The notes under the pieces were generated by a model. The model had not been told where the DNA came from, searched no databases, and worked only from the letters and a program-made list of their open reading frames with translations. The position numbers and the translations under genes are program-made. Positions 10,275 to 21,214 of a stretch of DNA of 64,000 nucleotides are shown in pieces. Position 1 is the stretch's first letter. The number at the start of each line of letters is the position of its first letter. The DNA is from an uncultured Candidatus Babeliaceae bacterium (GTDB lineage: Bacteria > Babelota > Babeliae > Babelales > Babelaceae): NCBI GenBank assembly GCA_963704655.1, contig OY969927.1, positions 928,001-992,000 of the forward strand, in the 5' to 3' direction.

Positions 10275-11183
10275 ATGAAACAACTTTTAAAATTTATACT
10301 TTTCATACCCTTGTACACGCATAGTTACGTGCTTATCATAACTCATAATTATAATCGTCCTGATTTTATAGAATTACAAGACAAAGCATTTAAAAAGTTC
10401 TTAAAGGATGATTATAGATATGTTGTTTTTAATGATGCAACAAGCGAGGAGATGCGTAAAAAAATTGAAGAGACATGTAAAAAACTTAATATCGAATGCA
10501 TTCAAATTCCTCAAGAAATCCACAGCCGCCCATACTTGCCCAGAGAACCAAACGAAAGAATTAATGCCAGCATTAGACACGCAAATGTTGTAATGTACTC
10601 ATTGGATTTTATGGGGTTTGATCATGATGGAATAGTCTTTATTGTTGATTCAGACATACTTCTCATTCGACCATTTTCAATTGAAAAATATATGAAAGAT
10701 AAGGATATTGCTGCACGCATAAACAGACCACACAATAAAGCATATTACTGCAGCCCTCTATTTTGTATTTTAAATATGAGTAAATTACCCGATAAAAAAA
10801 CACTTAATTTTAATTGTGGAACCATTAATGGAACAGGAGGAGATACAGGTGCGTGGAGTTACTATTATTTGAAAAATCATCCAGAGTTAAATGTAGTACC
10901 AGTTAGCATGACCTTTAGTCATCAACTATTTTTAGCAGACTATCATATTGATAAAGAGGCAGACTTTACTATTTCGGATGATGTAAAAGCTTCATTTTAT
11001 GCCCATTATGGCTTTAATAACACTGAGATAAAATTTTTATTAAATAAGCCGGACACTTTTGAATTTTATTTAGATAATAATTTCTTACATTATAGAGGTG
11101 GATCAAACCATACCAACAATTCACAAAAATATCACGACCACAAGTTTAAAATTTTTAATGATTTTTTTAACGATATTTTATAA
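10275..11183 (+). CDS. Putative glycosyltransferase (paralog family 2 of 3)
   Basis: RPDFIEL, YVVFNDA, VDSDIL, FLHYRGGSN. Confidence 0.6.
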   Translation: MKQLLKFILFIPLYTHSYVLIITHNYNRPDFIELQDKAFKKFLKDDYRYVVFNDATSEEMRKKIEETCKKLNIECIQIPQEIHSRPYLPREPNERINASIRHANVVMYSLDFMGFDHDGIVFIVDSDILLIRPFSIEKYMKDKDIAARINRPHNKAYYCSPLFCILNMSKLPDKKTLNFNCGTINGTGGDTGAWSYYYLKNHPELNVVPVSMTFSHQLFLADYHIDKEADFTISDDVKASFYAHYGFNNTEIKFLLNKPDTFEFYLDNNFLHYRGGSNHTNNSQKYHDHKFKIFNDFFNDIL

Positions 11184-11221
11184 TCACTGCTGGTAATGAA
11201 GCAAAAAAAGGAGATCTGTAG

Positions 11222-12169
11222 ATGAAGTATATAGTATATATAGTGTGCGTACTTACATTAGTACCAGTTTTTTCAAAAAACATTCAAACCTTTCTTGTTT
11301 TTGGTGGAAAAACTGGTTGGGTAGGACAACAAATAATAACTATTCTCAAAGAAAGAGGCTACACAGCTGTATGCGCTGAATCGCGCTTAGAAAACAGAGA
11401 ATCTGTTGAATCTGAAATAAAAAACATTAAACCTGATTATATTATTAATTCAGCAGGGGTAACAGGAGTTCCAAACGTTGACTGGTGCGAAGACCACAAA
11501 CAGGAAACAATCAGATCAAATATTATTGGCGCACTTACAATCGCTGACATCGCCTTTAAACATGGCATACCAGTAATAAATATTGGAACGGGTTGTATTT
11601 ATGAATATGATTCTAACCACCCCATAAACAGTGGAATCGGCTTTAAAGAATTTGAAGAACCTAACTTTGATGGCTCTTTTTACTCTTATACCAAAATTAT
11701 GCTCGATAAATTACTTTTCCACTACCCAAACGTGCTTAATTTGCGTTTAAGAATGCCTATTTCAACTGACTTGCACCAAAGAAATTTTATTACCAAAATT
11801 TCAAAATATAATAAAGTGGTCAATGTTCCTAATTCTATGAGTGTCCTGGCTGATCTGTTGCCGCTAATTCCAGAGATGGCTGAGCGAAATTTAAGAGGCA
11901 ATTATAATTTCGTAAACCCAGGGGTGATATCGCATAATGAAATTCTTGATCTCTATAAAGAACACATAGACCCAAAGTTTGAATATAAAAATTTTAGCAT
12001 CGAAGAACAAAACCAAATCTTAAAAGCTAAAAGATCTAATAATCAACTCGACACAACAAAACTTCAACAAGAATTTCCCGAGTTACCTCATATAAAAGAA
12101 TCTATAATTAAAGTTTTTAAAACTATGAAAAATAATCTTAAGACACATAGTAATAATCTCAAATCATAA
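11222..12169 (+). CDS. Bifunctional NDP-4-keto-6-deoxyglucose 3,5-epimerase/4-reductase (plant NRS/ER, UER1-type) with signal peptide
   Basis: GKTGWVG, AGVTGVPNVDWCEDHK, GTGCIYEYD, PNFDGSFYS, LRMPIS, NFITKISKYNKVVN, NPGVISHNEIL, RSNN. Confidence 0.9.
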   Translation: MKYIVYIVCVLTLVPVFSKNIQTFLVFGGKTGWVGQQIITILKERGYTAVCAESRLENRESVESEIKNIKPDYIINSAGVTGVPNVDWCEDHKQETIRSNIIGALTIADIAFKHGIPVINIGTGCIYEYDSNHPINSGIGFKEFEEPNFDGSFYSYTKIMLDKLLFHYPNVLNLRLRMPISTDLHQRNFITKISKYNKVVNVPNSMSVLADLLPLIPEMAERNLRGNYNFVNPGVISHNEILDLYKEHIDPKFEYKNFSIEEQNQILKAKRSNNQLDTTKLQQEFPELPHIKESIIKVFKTMKNNLKTHSNNLKS

Positions 12170-12183
12170 AAAAAGGAGCTATT

Positions 12184-13305
12184 ATGATTTTCTTATCTCA
12201 TATTAAAACTGTGTTTAAACAAATATTTATTGTCATATTCTTACTAGCCGTTGGTAATTTTTACGCAAATTATGAAAAAAATGTCTTTATAACTGGTGGC
12301 GCAGGATTCATCGGGAGCAATTTTATCAATTATATGTTTGATAAATACCCTACCTATCACTTTACGGTTTTGGACTGCTTAACCTATGCAGGTAACTTAA
12401 AAAATATCAATGCACATATCCGAAATTCAAACCGATTTTCCTTTGTCCATGGTTCAATAACAAATATAGCCCTGGTAGATGAATTAATGAGCAAAGCAGA
12501 TTTAGTTGTCCATTTCGCAGCTGAATCACATGTTGCCCGAAGCATTCTTGATGATTTTGTCTTCTTTGATACTGATGTAATGGGCACACGCGCTATGATG
12601 GCGGCGCTCGTAAAACACAATAAAACAGTTCAACGGTTTATCCATATATCAACATCTGAGGTACTTGGAACGGCCGAAGAACTGCAAATGTCAGAAGAAC
12701 ACCCAATTAACCCAAGAACACCCTACGCTGCAGCAAAAGCTGGTGCCGACAGGCTTGTTTATGCTTATTGGTGCACCTATGACATACCGGCAGTTATCGT
12801 TCGCCCTTTCAATAATTATGGCCCACAACAACACCTTGAAAAACTTATCCCCCGCCTAATTTCTCAAGCAATTCAAGGACTCCCATTAACTATACATGGT
12901 GATGGCGAACAAAAACGTGATTGGGTACATACGCACGATATCGCACGCGCTTTAGATATTATTTTACATATTAAAGACTTTAATAAAATTAAAAATGAGA
13001 CTATTCACCTAGGTAGCGGTATGGCAACCTCAGTTAACCAAATTGCAGATACTATTCTTAACTATTTCGACCAACCCCTATCGAAAAAACGTTATACTAA
13101 AGATCGTCCAGGTCAGGTCGCATTACACATATCTTCAACTCAAAAGGCTTGGGAATTATTGGGATGGGAACCCGAAATAAGCCTATCTGAAGGCATTATA
13201 GATACTATTTCGTGGTATGAAAATAATATAGAGCGCTGGTCAGAATATCTCAATAAATGCACGATTCCGCTTATTAACTCGGATAATAAAATAGAGATGT
13301 ACTAA
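12184..13305 (+). CDS. rfbB: NDP-glucose 4,6-dehydratase (RmlB/RfbB-like) with N-terminal hydrophobic leader
   Basis: ITGGAGFIGSNF, LTYAGN, HFAAESHV, PYAAAK, NNYGP, EKLIP, RDWVH. Confidence 0.85.
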   Translation: MIFLSHIKTVFKQIFIVIFLLAVGNFYANYEKNVFITGGAGFIGSNFINYMFDKYPTYHFTVLDCLTYAGNLKNINAHIRNSNRFSFVHGSITNIALVDELMSKADLVVHFAAESHVARSILDDFVFFDTDVMGTRAMMAALVKHNKTVQRFIHISTSEVLGTAEELQMSEEHPINPRTPYAAAKAGADRLVYAYWCTYDIPAVIVRPFNNYGPQQHLEKLIPRLISQAIQGLPLTIHGDGEQKRDWVHTHDIARALDIILHIKDFNKIKNETIHLGSGMATSVNQIADTILNYFDQPLSKKRYTKDRPGQVALHISSTQKAWELLGWEPEISLSEGIIDTISWYENNIERWSEYLNKCTIPLINSDNKIEMY

Positions 13306-13329
13306 TATTGATATTTTTTGAGACAAACT

Positions 13330-14289
13330 ATGACCTATTTTAAAAAAACCCACCTATTTACTTTAGCAGTATTAACTTTTTTTAAGTTATACCCAAATGC
13401 TGGGCCATTTCCAATACAGTTTTCGATAGCTGAAGAAAAAATAGTTAAGGAAATTCCAGAAAAAGATCGTGATTTTGCCTTTATTATTCCTGGAGACTTA
13501 AGTACCTATATTTATAAAAAAGAATCGGAATACTATAAGGATTATCAACGTTCTTACTTTGCAATTACGCGTGCAAAGGCTGGCTGGGATGCAATGCGAC
13601 ATTATGAAATTTTAGCAAATGGGTGTATTCCATATTTTCTAAATCTCGATAAGTGCAACCCACAGGTTTTGTATTTTTTACCTAAAGATTTAATATATGA
13701 AGCTATGAGTTTAGAAGGCGTTTCTTATCTTAAAATTGATCATACTAAGTTCAATAAGGCTAAATATTATGAACTACTCAATAAACTATTAGAACACACA
13801 AGAAAGCACTTAACAACCAAAAGCATAGCGCAATACCTCCTTCAAAAAATTGATTATAAAGGAGATGGGAAGATCTTATTTTTGACTAATAAAGTCGAGC
13901 CTGATTATATGCCAGATTGCATTTTGGCAGGCCTAAAAGAATTATTTCAAGAAAGAGTGATTGATTTTCCTAAAATTGATTTTATATACAAAAGTTATGA
14001 AGGAGACATATTGCAATTATATGGCAGGGGTATGTCCTATACTAAAATTATTGATGATTTACCTGTAAATAGAGACAACATCGAAGAACGAATAAAAAAT
14101 AAAGAGTTTGATCTTATCATTTACGGTTCAGTGCACCGTGGAATTTTATTTCATGACGTAGTTAAACAAGTTTATGAAAAAGAAAAAATAGTTTATATTT
14201 GTGGAGAAGATTGTCACAGATGTGAATATAAGCATCTACCAAATTTATTTTTAAGAGAAGTTGATGCCCACTCCATTTATTCAAATTAA
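13330..14289 (+). CDS. Putative glycosyltransferase-like protein
   Basis: AGWDAMRHYEILANGCIPYF resembles GT-B/exostosin-like C-terminal motifs; leader peptide. Confidence 0.5.
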   Translation: MTYFKKTHLFTLAVLTFFKLYPNAGPFPIQFSIAEEKIVKEIPEKDRDFAFIIPGDLSTYIYKKESEYYKDYQRSYFAITRAKAGWDAMRHYEILANGCIPYFLNLDKCNPQVLYFLPKDLIYEAMSLEGVSYLKIDHTKFNKAKYYELLNKLLEHTRKHLTTKSIAQYLLQKIDYKGDGKILFLTNKVEPDYMPDCILAGLKELFQERVIDFPKIDFIYKSYEGDILQLYGRGMSYTKIIDDLPVNRDNIEERIKNKEFDLIIYGSVHRGILFHDVVKQVYEKEKIVYICGEDCHRCEYKHLPNLFLREVDAHSIYSN

Positions 14290-14306
14290 TAACTGCAGGA
14301 AATAAA

Positions 14307-14969
14307 ATGCTTAAAAAAACAATCCTATTTTATTTCACTATAACGACACTGCAAATTAGTTCATCAGTTGTTATTTTATCCACTGCTGCTCTTATTCCAC
14401 AAAAATATGAAGATCGGAAAATTGAATATATTAACGTTTTAGAAATTTTACAAAACCAACCATTGCCCGTCTATATGGTTGAATCATGCCTACAAGAAGG
14501 GCCTACTTATTTAGATTATTATTGTAAAAATGTTTTTTATGCCAATTGCAATGATTCACAACTTAAAAATAAAGGTGTGAATGAAGCCAAAGCTATGTTG
14601 GCAGCTTTACAATATTTTGCCTTTGATGATGAAACGATTATCATCAAAGTGACCGGGCGTTATCCTTTTAGAGATTTCAGCTTTATCAATACCATATTAA
14701 ATAATCAACTAAATGATGCTTTTGTAAAATATGATAGAAATGGCCAAGTGTACACGGGATGCTTTGCTATGAGGTGTAAGCATATGAAAAATATGCTTGC
14801 GCGCCTTGATTTAGTAAAGATGGAAAAACAAATGATCAATATCGAAGCCGAAGTTGCACGGTACATAAAAAATAAAATTCCCTATAATGAAGTATTTCGC
14901 GTGTCAAATCTTGGTATTACAGCAAGATTTTTTGGAACAGGTGACCACATTGGTATACACGAACTTTAA
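14307..14969 (+). CDS. Hypothetical protein, possible glycosyltransferase
   Basis: NKGVNE, IIKVTGRY motif typical of polysaccharide-cluster proteins; leader peptide. Confidence 0.45.
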   Translation: MLKKTILFYFTITTLQISSSVVILSTAALIPQKYEDRKIEYINVLEILQNQPLPVYMVESCLQEGPTYLDYYCKNVFYANCNDSQLKNKGVNEAKAMLAALQYFAFDDETIIIKVTGRYPFRDFSFINTILNNQLNDAFVKYDRNGQVYTGCFAMRCKHMKNMLARLDLVKMEKQMINIEAEVARYIKNKIPYNEVFRVSNLGITARFFGTGDHIGIHEL

Positions 14970-15030
14970 TCTTAAAAAAATATGATGCAAGAAATTTGAA
15001 AGCTCTTGCATCATATTTTTTTAAATTTTT

Positions 15031-15903
15031 CTATTCTTTAAGAGCAAACTTAAGTCTATCTATAAATGTTTTTTCATCAAACTTTGTTAACTCAATCCAA
15101 GCACGAGTGTTCCATCCACAAAGTGCGTCCATGACACTTCCAAAATCAAATAAAAAAACATTATCTAATTTATTCCATAGCCTTTTTTGTAATGCGCGGC
15201 CTGAACAACCCATAGCAGTAATTATTATCTTATACTCATTGTTATTGCCGATTTTATTCAAACATTCTGCCTCAATTCTATCTATAGCACTATATGACTG
15301 TTGAAATGGAGTAGGAATAAAAATACAATCCGGCCCAAAAAGCATATCGCGGATTTCCTGCGGGATATTTTCATTTCCAATAAACATAAAACAATTTGAA
15401 TTTCTCAAAAATTTTAAAAATTTTATACACATTTCTGGATATTGAGAAGCTGCAAAGTGCAAGGCAGCATGCGAGTAAACATCCGAAATTTGCCCGTTCC
15501 ATAAAGGCTTTGCTTTTTTAAGTATATCTAAACACCAGTCATAAGGAGCCGCGTGATTACCAGGGAACATCCCGGCCTCATAGCCATTAAATTCTTTACA
15601 ATAAAGAGGCAATGTCTTTAGAACAGTAGGTCCATTTATTGCGAAGGCTTCACGCATTTCTAGCATTAAAGAATGTCTTGCTGGCTGAAGAGCATCATTC
15701 TCTCCCAAAGCAAGGTTAACATCCCCATCACCAAATCGTAGGTAGGCACCCTTCTCCTTATTTGAAATAATTTTTTCTATTTCAAGTAATGTTTCTTCTG
15801 TGCCATAAAACCTTAAGGCAGTAAAGGGCTTTCCATTCAGATATAATGTTTGAACAAAAATATACAATATTATGAGTTGTGCTTTTACAGTTTTTTTTAA
15901 CAT
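15031..15903 (-). CDS. GT-D fold (DUF1792-like) glycosyltransferase
   Basis: YLRFGDGD, AMGCSGR, FDFGSVMD. Confidence 0.7.
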   Translation of the reverse strand: MLKKTVKAQLIILYIFVQTLYLNGKPFTALRFYGTEETLLEIEKIISNKEKGAYLRFGDGDVNLALGENDALQPARHSLMLEMREAFAINGPTVLKTLPLYCKEFNGYEAGMFPGNHAAPYDWCLDILKKAKPLWNGQISDVYSHAALHFAASQYPEMCIKFLKFLRNSNCFMFIGNENIPQEIRDMLFGPDCIFIPTPFQQSYSAIDRIEAECLNKIGNNNEYKIIITAMGCSGRALQKRLWNKLDNVFLFDFGSVMDALCGWNTRAWIELTKFDEKTFIDRLKFALKE

Positions 15904-15928
15904 GACAATTATACCCTTTCAAAATAAC

Positions 15929-15956
15929 TTGACAATAAACAGTGCTATTCTATAGT
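15929..15956 (+). promoter_or_regulatory. Sigma70-like promoter
   Basis: TTGACA-16 nt-TATAGT in the divergent intergenic region; implies true start at ATG 15999. Confidence 0.45.
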
Positions 15957-15998
15957 AAAAAAAATTTGTTTTTTAATTTTAAAAACCTGAGTAGTTCA

Positions 15999-17219
15999 AT
16001 GACTTTTATATATCCTCCTAAACCACGTTTCATACTATTTAAATTTCATCCTTTACGCAATATAATTGTAGCCATACTTTTTTTCCCATTCTTCAATATC
16101 GAGTCAACTACACCGCATAAAAAAAAAATTAATATAAATGAATGGGGCACGCTGTTTCAAAAAGCAGATATTCTTGAACGCGAAAAGATGTTAATTGATT
16201 TTTTTGAATATGCTTTTGAGCCACAATCACCAAATAGAAATTCTACGCTTAAACGATTAAAACAACTCCAAAATATTGTAAAAAATGTTACCTGGAGCAA
16301 AGAAGATAGAGAAATAAAAAAAGCTCTTGAAAAAATCGTCAATGATGAGGTGATTCTTATTGATGCAGCAATCGGGATGAATTTACCAGAATGGGTCGGT
16401 ACCGTCCCCTCAGACTATTTAACAGGGGATAATATAGCTTTTCTCTGTAAGCATAGAACTTTTAAGATTAATGGCTACTCTTCATATTTTGTACCATTTG
16501 ATCCAAAACAAGTAAAACCTGGCGACTCTGTTTTTGTTGTAACAAATTATTTAGACTTATATTTTGATGTTTATCACAAAGAGATATCAGTGCCATACGT
16601 TCTTGTAACCAATAACTCTGACTTCCCTGTTCCTGGAAAGTTTGCACCCTTTTTAAATGATCCAAAAATCATTGCATGGTTTGGCATTAACCTTGATGAT
16701 ACTAAACATGACAAATTACACCCTTTACCTTTAGGTATCCGTAATCATGGGTATAATCGTGAACCTATTAACTACATGGACCAAATAATAATAAGCAATA
16801 AATCATTAACAAAAAAAAATCTTCTGTATATTAATTTTACACTCAATCATCAAGAACGGCACGATGCTATTAATACATTCAAATACAAGCCTTGGTGCAC
16901 AATAGTAATGACAAAAAAGAGTCAGACAGACTACTATAAAGATGTAGCTCAATCAAAATTCGTCTTAAGCCCTCGCGGAGATGGACTTGATTGTTGGCGA
17001 ACATGGGAAACATTATTAATTGGGAGTATCCCTGTAGTTAAACATTCAAGTTTAGACACTATATATGCTGAGTTTCCAATAGTCATTGTTAATGATTGGG
17101 CGGAAGTCACAGAAGAATATTTAGAAAAGAAATATCTTGAATTTGCAGAAAAAACTTATGATTACAACAAATTATTTGCATCTTACTGGGCAGATAAAAT
17201 TAACTCATTTACTAAATAA
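15999..17219 (+). CDS. Exostosin/GT47-like glycosyltransferase
   Basis: SKFVLSPRGDGLDCWRTWETLLIGSIPVV; LYINF; start uncertain (15942 or 15999). Confidence 0.7.
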   Translation: MTFIYPPKPRFILFKFHPLRNIIVAILFFPFFNIESTTPHKKKININEWGTLFQKADILEREKMLIDFFEYAFEPQSPNRNSTLKRLKQLQNIVKNVTWSKEDREIKKALEKIVNDEVILIDAAIGMNLPEWVGTVPSDYLTGDNIAFLCKHRTFKINGYSSYFVPFDPKQVKPGDSVFVVTNYLDLYFDVYHKEISVPYVLVTNNSDFPVPGKFAPFLNDPKIIAWFGINLDDTKHDKLHPLPLGIRNHGYNREPINYMDQIIISNKSLTKKNLLYINFTLNHQERHDAINTFKYKPWCTIVMTKKSQTDYYKDVAQSKFVLSPRGDGLDCWRTWETLLIGSIPVVKHSSLDTIYAEFPIVIVNDWAEVTEEYLEKKYLEFAEKTYDYNKLFASYWADKINSFTK

Positions 17220-17227
17220 TTTAAAAA

Positions 17228-18334
17228 ATGGATACAAAAAAAATGTCGAATAATACCTTTAAATCAAAGAACATACTATTTATTTGTAATCTTTTTGTCA
17301 TTTTTGGCAGTTTTAATATATGCTTTGCAAAAAAAACAAAGATTGCTTTTTTTATCAATTTTCTTACTGTACGCGGTGTCGAAGTTGCTGTATATGATTA
17401 TGCAGATTGCAATGAGACTATTCTTGGCAACGAGTCCATTATCATAAATAATGCAGAGATTTTTAATGATCCAAAAAGTGGCTTTCATAATGATTACACA
17501 AATTCCGCAAGAGAAAAATTTGTCAAAAGGTTTGGAAATCGATTTTTTGATTGCGCCAATATGAAAGAAGCTGATGAAATTATGAAGAGAGAAAATGTAG
17601 ATATTTTTTATACTCAAAAATATGGCGTAATTGATGATAAGGTATCAAAGGTGTGTAAAAATGCAATACACGCAGTATTTACGGTTCAAGCACATGGCGA
17701 TGCTTATGCGTGCATTTCTGAATGGTTAAGTAAGGCCTATTCATCACATCATGCGCCCTATGTGCCCTATATGGTCCGTGTTGATGATACACATGAAACA
17801 CTCCATGACGAGCTAAAAATACCACGCGGAACCGTTATTTTTGGAAGACATGGTGGAAGTGGCACATTCAGTATCCCCTATGCGCGCGAGGCTGTTCAAG
17901 AAATTGCAAAAAAACATAAAGACTGGTATTTCCTCTTTCTTAATACTAATAAATTTTGCGATTTACCAAATGTTATTTTTTTACCAGCAACGGCGGATAT
18001 GGTATATAAGGCAAAATTTATTAATACTTGTGATGCGATGATACATGCAAGAGAAGAAGGCGAAACATTTGGCCTTGCTTGTGGAGAATTTTCAATGAAA
18101 AATAAGCCCGTTATAACATGTTCCAATATGGGTGATCGATGCCATATTGAAATTTTAGGTAACAAAGGGTTCTATTATAACAATAAGCAGGAGCTATTAA
18201 ACATTTTTGAATCGATAGCCAATAATATAGATAAAATTCGTAACCAAGACTGGGATTGTTACTCAAAAAAATATAATCCCGAAATTGTCATGAAAAAATT
18301 CGATGAAATTTTTATACAACCATTAATCAAATAA
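17228..18334 (+). CDS. GT-B (GT4-like) glycosyltransferase
   Basis: RGVEVAVYDYA, FGRHGG, DAMIHAREEGETFGLACGEF. Confidence 0.75.
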   Translation: MDTKKMSNNTFKSKNILFICNLFVIFGSFNICFAKKTKIAFFINFLTVRGVEVAVYDYADCNETILGNESIIINNAEIFNDPKSGFHNDYTNSAREKFVKRFGNRFFDCANMKEADEIMKRENVDIFYTQKYGVIDDKVSKVCKNAIHAVFTVQAHGDAYACISEWLSKAYSSHHAPYVPYMVRVDDTHETLHDELKIPRGTVIFGRHGGSGTFSIPYAREAVQEIAKKHKDWYFLFLNTNKFCDLPNVIFLPATADMVYKAKFINTCDAMIHAREEGETFGLACGEFSMKNKPVITCSNMGDRCHIEILGNKGFYYNNKQELLNIFESIANNIDKIRNQDWDCYSKKYNPEIVMKKFDEIFIQPLIK

Positions 18335-18430
18335 TAATTTAGCCGCAAAAAATTTTAAATCTCAAGGTTTATTGACATCTTAACTTATTTTTATATAGCT
18401 TAATTTCTATATAATTTAAGAAGGTAAAAT

Positions 18431-19315
18431 GTGCAAAAAAAGAGATATTTTTTATTGCTGCTATTTCATATAATTGCTTTTGGAAATAATGTAAAAATTA
18501 TTCCCAAGCCTATAAATGGCAGAAATATAATGAGGACGCTAGTTAAACACAAGCCACCAAGAATTTATCTTCTATCTTTTCCAAAATCAGGAAATACATG
18601 GATGCGCTATTGCATTGAGCTCCTTACAGAAAGACCTACAGCAAGCTTTTCATTGAAACCCGATGCCCAAGAGTTACCAATAAGCTATACTTTTGGGCAT
18701 AAGATAGACCTGTCAAAAAAGCCTATCTGGAAAGCGCATAGAGAGTCTGAATTTAATTTCGCAGGTTATAAGTATAGCCCCCGACGAGATTTATTAATTA
18801 TTGCAGTACGTAATCCTAAGGAAGCTATTGCTCGATGGATGACAACATCAAATGGGGCTGATTTATTATCATTCACAGGGCTTATGCATTTTCAATCTTA
18901 TTTTAATGTCCTTAGACTTTTTGATAGCTGGGCCCCAGACAAAAGAATTTTAATTTATTATGAGGATCTCATAAGCGATCCAAGAGAAACTCTTGAAAAA
19001 TTAGTTAATTTTTTAAATGATCCAAAAAATAAATTCGATGCCTTTTTTGATGAATATGAAAAACACAAAGAACGAGGGCTTAAGTTTTACGAATACAATG
19101 GGGGCAGCCAAAGCCAAGGGAACGACCTTCTTTATCATTCACGTAAAATGTCTGCCGTTGACCGTAAAAATATAGACCAATTTATTAAAGAAAAATATAA
19201 ATATTTATGGGAAAAATACCTTGAAAATAGATATTCAGAAGAAACCTTAGAAGAAAATAATTTTTATCGAGCACAAATTCTACATAACGTATACAGAAGT
19301 TTTATCCTTGATTGA
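18431..19315 (+). CDS. PAPS-dependent sulfotransferase with signal peptide
   Basis: LLSFPKSGNTWMR (5'-PSB loop), VRNPKEA (3'-PB), YYEDL. Confidence 0.85.
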   Translation: MQKKRYFLLLLFHIIAFGNNVKIIPKPINGRNIMRTLVKHKPPRIYLLSFPKSGNTWMRYCIELLTERPTASFSLKPDAQELPISYTFGHKIDLSKKPIWKAHRESEFNFAGYKYSPRRDLLIIAVRNPKEAIARWMTTSNGADLLSFTGLMHFQSYFNVLRLFDSWAPDKRILIYYEDLISDPRETLEKLVNFLNDPKNKFDAFFDEYEKHKERGLKFYEYNGGSQSQGNDLLYHSRKMSAVDRKNIDQFIKEKYKYLWEKYLENRYSEETLEENNFYRAQILHNVYRSFILD

Positions 19316-19332
19316 GTTACTCTCAATTTACC

Positions 19333-20355
19333 CTAAATTGAAATTCTACTTAGGCATTGAACTTCCTCTAAATATTCTCTATATCCAAGTATCAACTCTT
19401 TTAATTGGTTCCAAACCCTAGGATTAAAACTATTGATAAACTCAGGTATTGAAGATCCTTCTAAATAATCAAGAATCGTATTCTTTCTTTCATCCTTTAA
19501 TTCTTGAATATCGGCACCATTATCAAGAAGAATTCGAGCCTTTTCTAAAAGACCCAGATTGTTATACTCTAAGCTACCATACTTAACAATATCGTGCAGA
19601 GCTGTCCCATTAGAAGCCGTTTCATTGACATCATAATGAAGATCTTTAATAAAATAATGTAATAAAGCAGGCTCCTTGTTTACATCCAGAACAATATCAT
19701 GCAAATAAAGTCTTTGAGGGTTTAATTGAGCACCATGATCAACTAATAATTTTGCAAACTTTACCGTTTTAGCTGTATCCAAAACTAAATCACAAGATTC
19801 TCCAGAAAGAAAATATTTATTCGTATCTGCTTTACGACGTAAAAGAGCCTTTGCATAATCATAATGCTTTTGGTTAGTATTAGTTGAATCTTTTGCAGCA
19901 AATGCAAGGGGAAAAATATTTTGTATATTCATCACATTAACAAGATTAGGGTCTGCGCCAGCTTCAACAAGAGCCACAACCCAATATGGGTCTGCGGAAT
20001 CAAATGAAAAATTAGACCCCTTCTGTAGAAAGAGCCTTAATACATCATTTTTAATTTCTTGGTCTTTATCTCTGAGAGCCAACGGTATAACATGCATTAA
20101 TATGTTTTTTTCAAAAGTATCTATTCCTTCATTAGGAAGTAATTCTGCTGGGAAATCATCGATAATTTTTTGAGGATTATTATTTAAAGCTAAGTTAGAT
20201 GCAACGGACAGATTTTGTCTAAAAACATAATTTATTTGACCTAATTCACGCGAGAAGAGTATTTGCATGGAATTATTATTATTATCTCTAACGGAATTCA
20301 AGTCGAATATAAAGAAGAAAAACAAAAATAAGGCTGTAAGTTGGATTTTTATCAT
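19333..20355 (-). CDS. Secreted ankyrin-repeat protein
   Basis: LVEAGADPN, LLRRKADTN, LVDHGA, GTALH, LLDNGADI; leader peptide. Confidence 0.75.
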   Translation of the reverse strand: MIKIQLTALFLFFFFIFDLNSVRDNNNNSMQILFSRELGQINYVFRQNLSVASNLALNNNPQKIIDDFPAELLPNEGIDTFEKNILMHVIPLALRDKDQEIKNDVLRLFLQKGSNFSFDSADPYWVVALVEAGADPNLVNVMNIQNIFPLAFAAKDSTNTNQKHYDYAKALLRRKADTNKYFLSGESCDLVLDTAKTVKFAKLLVDHGAQLNPQRLYLHDIVLDVNKEPALLHYFIKDLHYDVNETASNGTALHDIVKYGSLEYNNLGLLEKARILLDNGADIQELKDERKNTILDYLEGSSIPEFINSFNPRVWNQLKELILGYREYLEEVQCLSRISI

Positions 20356-20467
20356 AAAAAGATATCTGTATAATATGTTTATTGATATATTATACAGATA
20401 TCTTTTTAAATTTATATTTTTTTATAAGCAATACGATTCATCTAAATAGCTTAAAATTAAAATTTTC

Positions 20468-21214
20468 TTAAATTTTCAAAATAAAACATAAACTACCATA
20501 AAAATGTATAGATTTTATGTGCTTTTGATAATAATTAAGGTTATTTTTAATATGAGCTGAACATAGCTTTCTATCAGCATAACCAGTAGTTGCACCAATA
20601 AAATTTACATCATCAACCAATGATTGCAGGAATCGTATTGTTGATTTTTCACTCGCCACTGGGTTGCCAACTGAGCCTAAACCACCAAATGATTCCCAAT
20701 ATGATGTATGTAAATCTTCTATAATATAAATACCGCCACTTTTAACATAAGGAAAAAGCACCTTAAAGCTTGTAATTTGCTGGTTCATAGTATGCCCACC
20801 ATCATCAAGGATAACATCAAAACGCCCTCCTACATCTTGAATAAATTTTAGCAAATCAGCTTCTTCGGACTGATCACAGATATAAAAATTACATCGCGAT
20901 GAAAGACCTTGTGAATATTTTTTAAAAAAATCTTCTTCTTTATCTATAAAAAATAAAGTTGCATTCGGAAAATATTGATCCCACATTCTTGCCGACGCAC
21001 CAACAAAAAAACCGATTTCTAAAAATTTCAACGGCTTGTCTCTTAACTGAACAAAATAGGACTCATAAATAGATAAATAATCATGTGATGAAAATTTATC
21101 AGTTTGGCAGTCTTTACCAATTTCAGACAAGCTTTTAAGTGCAAATAGACCATCTTTAACCATGAAAATCTGAAAAAGTAAAATTGCCGTAAGTAATTTA
21201 TTTTTTACATACAT
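20468..21214 (-). CDS. Class I SAM O-methyltransferase (sugar O-methyltransferase/MycE-like)
   Basis: TDK..HDY, LEIG, DQS, LDDGGH, GGIYIIEDLHTSYW. Confidence 0.8.
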   Translation of the reverse strand: MYVKNKLLTAILLFQIFMVKDGLFALKSLSEIGKDCQTDKFSSHDYLSIYESYFVQLRDKPLKFLEIGFFVGASARMWDQYFPNATLFFIDKEEDFFKKYSQGLSSRCNFYICDQSEEADLLKFIQDVGGRFDVILDDGGHTMNQQITSFKVLFPYVKSGGIYIIEDLHTSYWESFGGLGSVGNPVASEKSTIRFLQSLVDDVNFIGATTGYADRKLCSAHIKNNLNYYQKHIKSIHFYGSLCFILKI

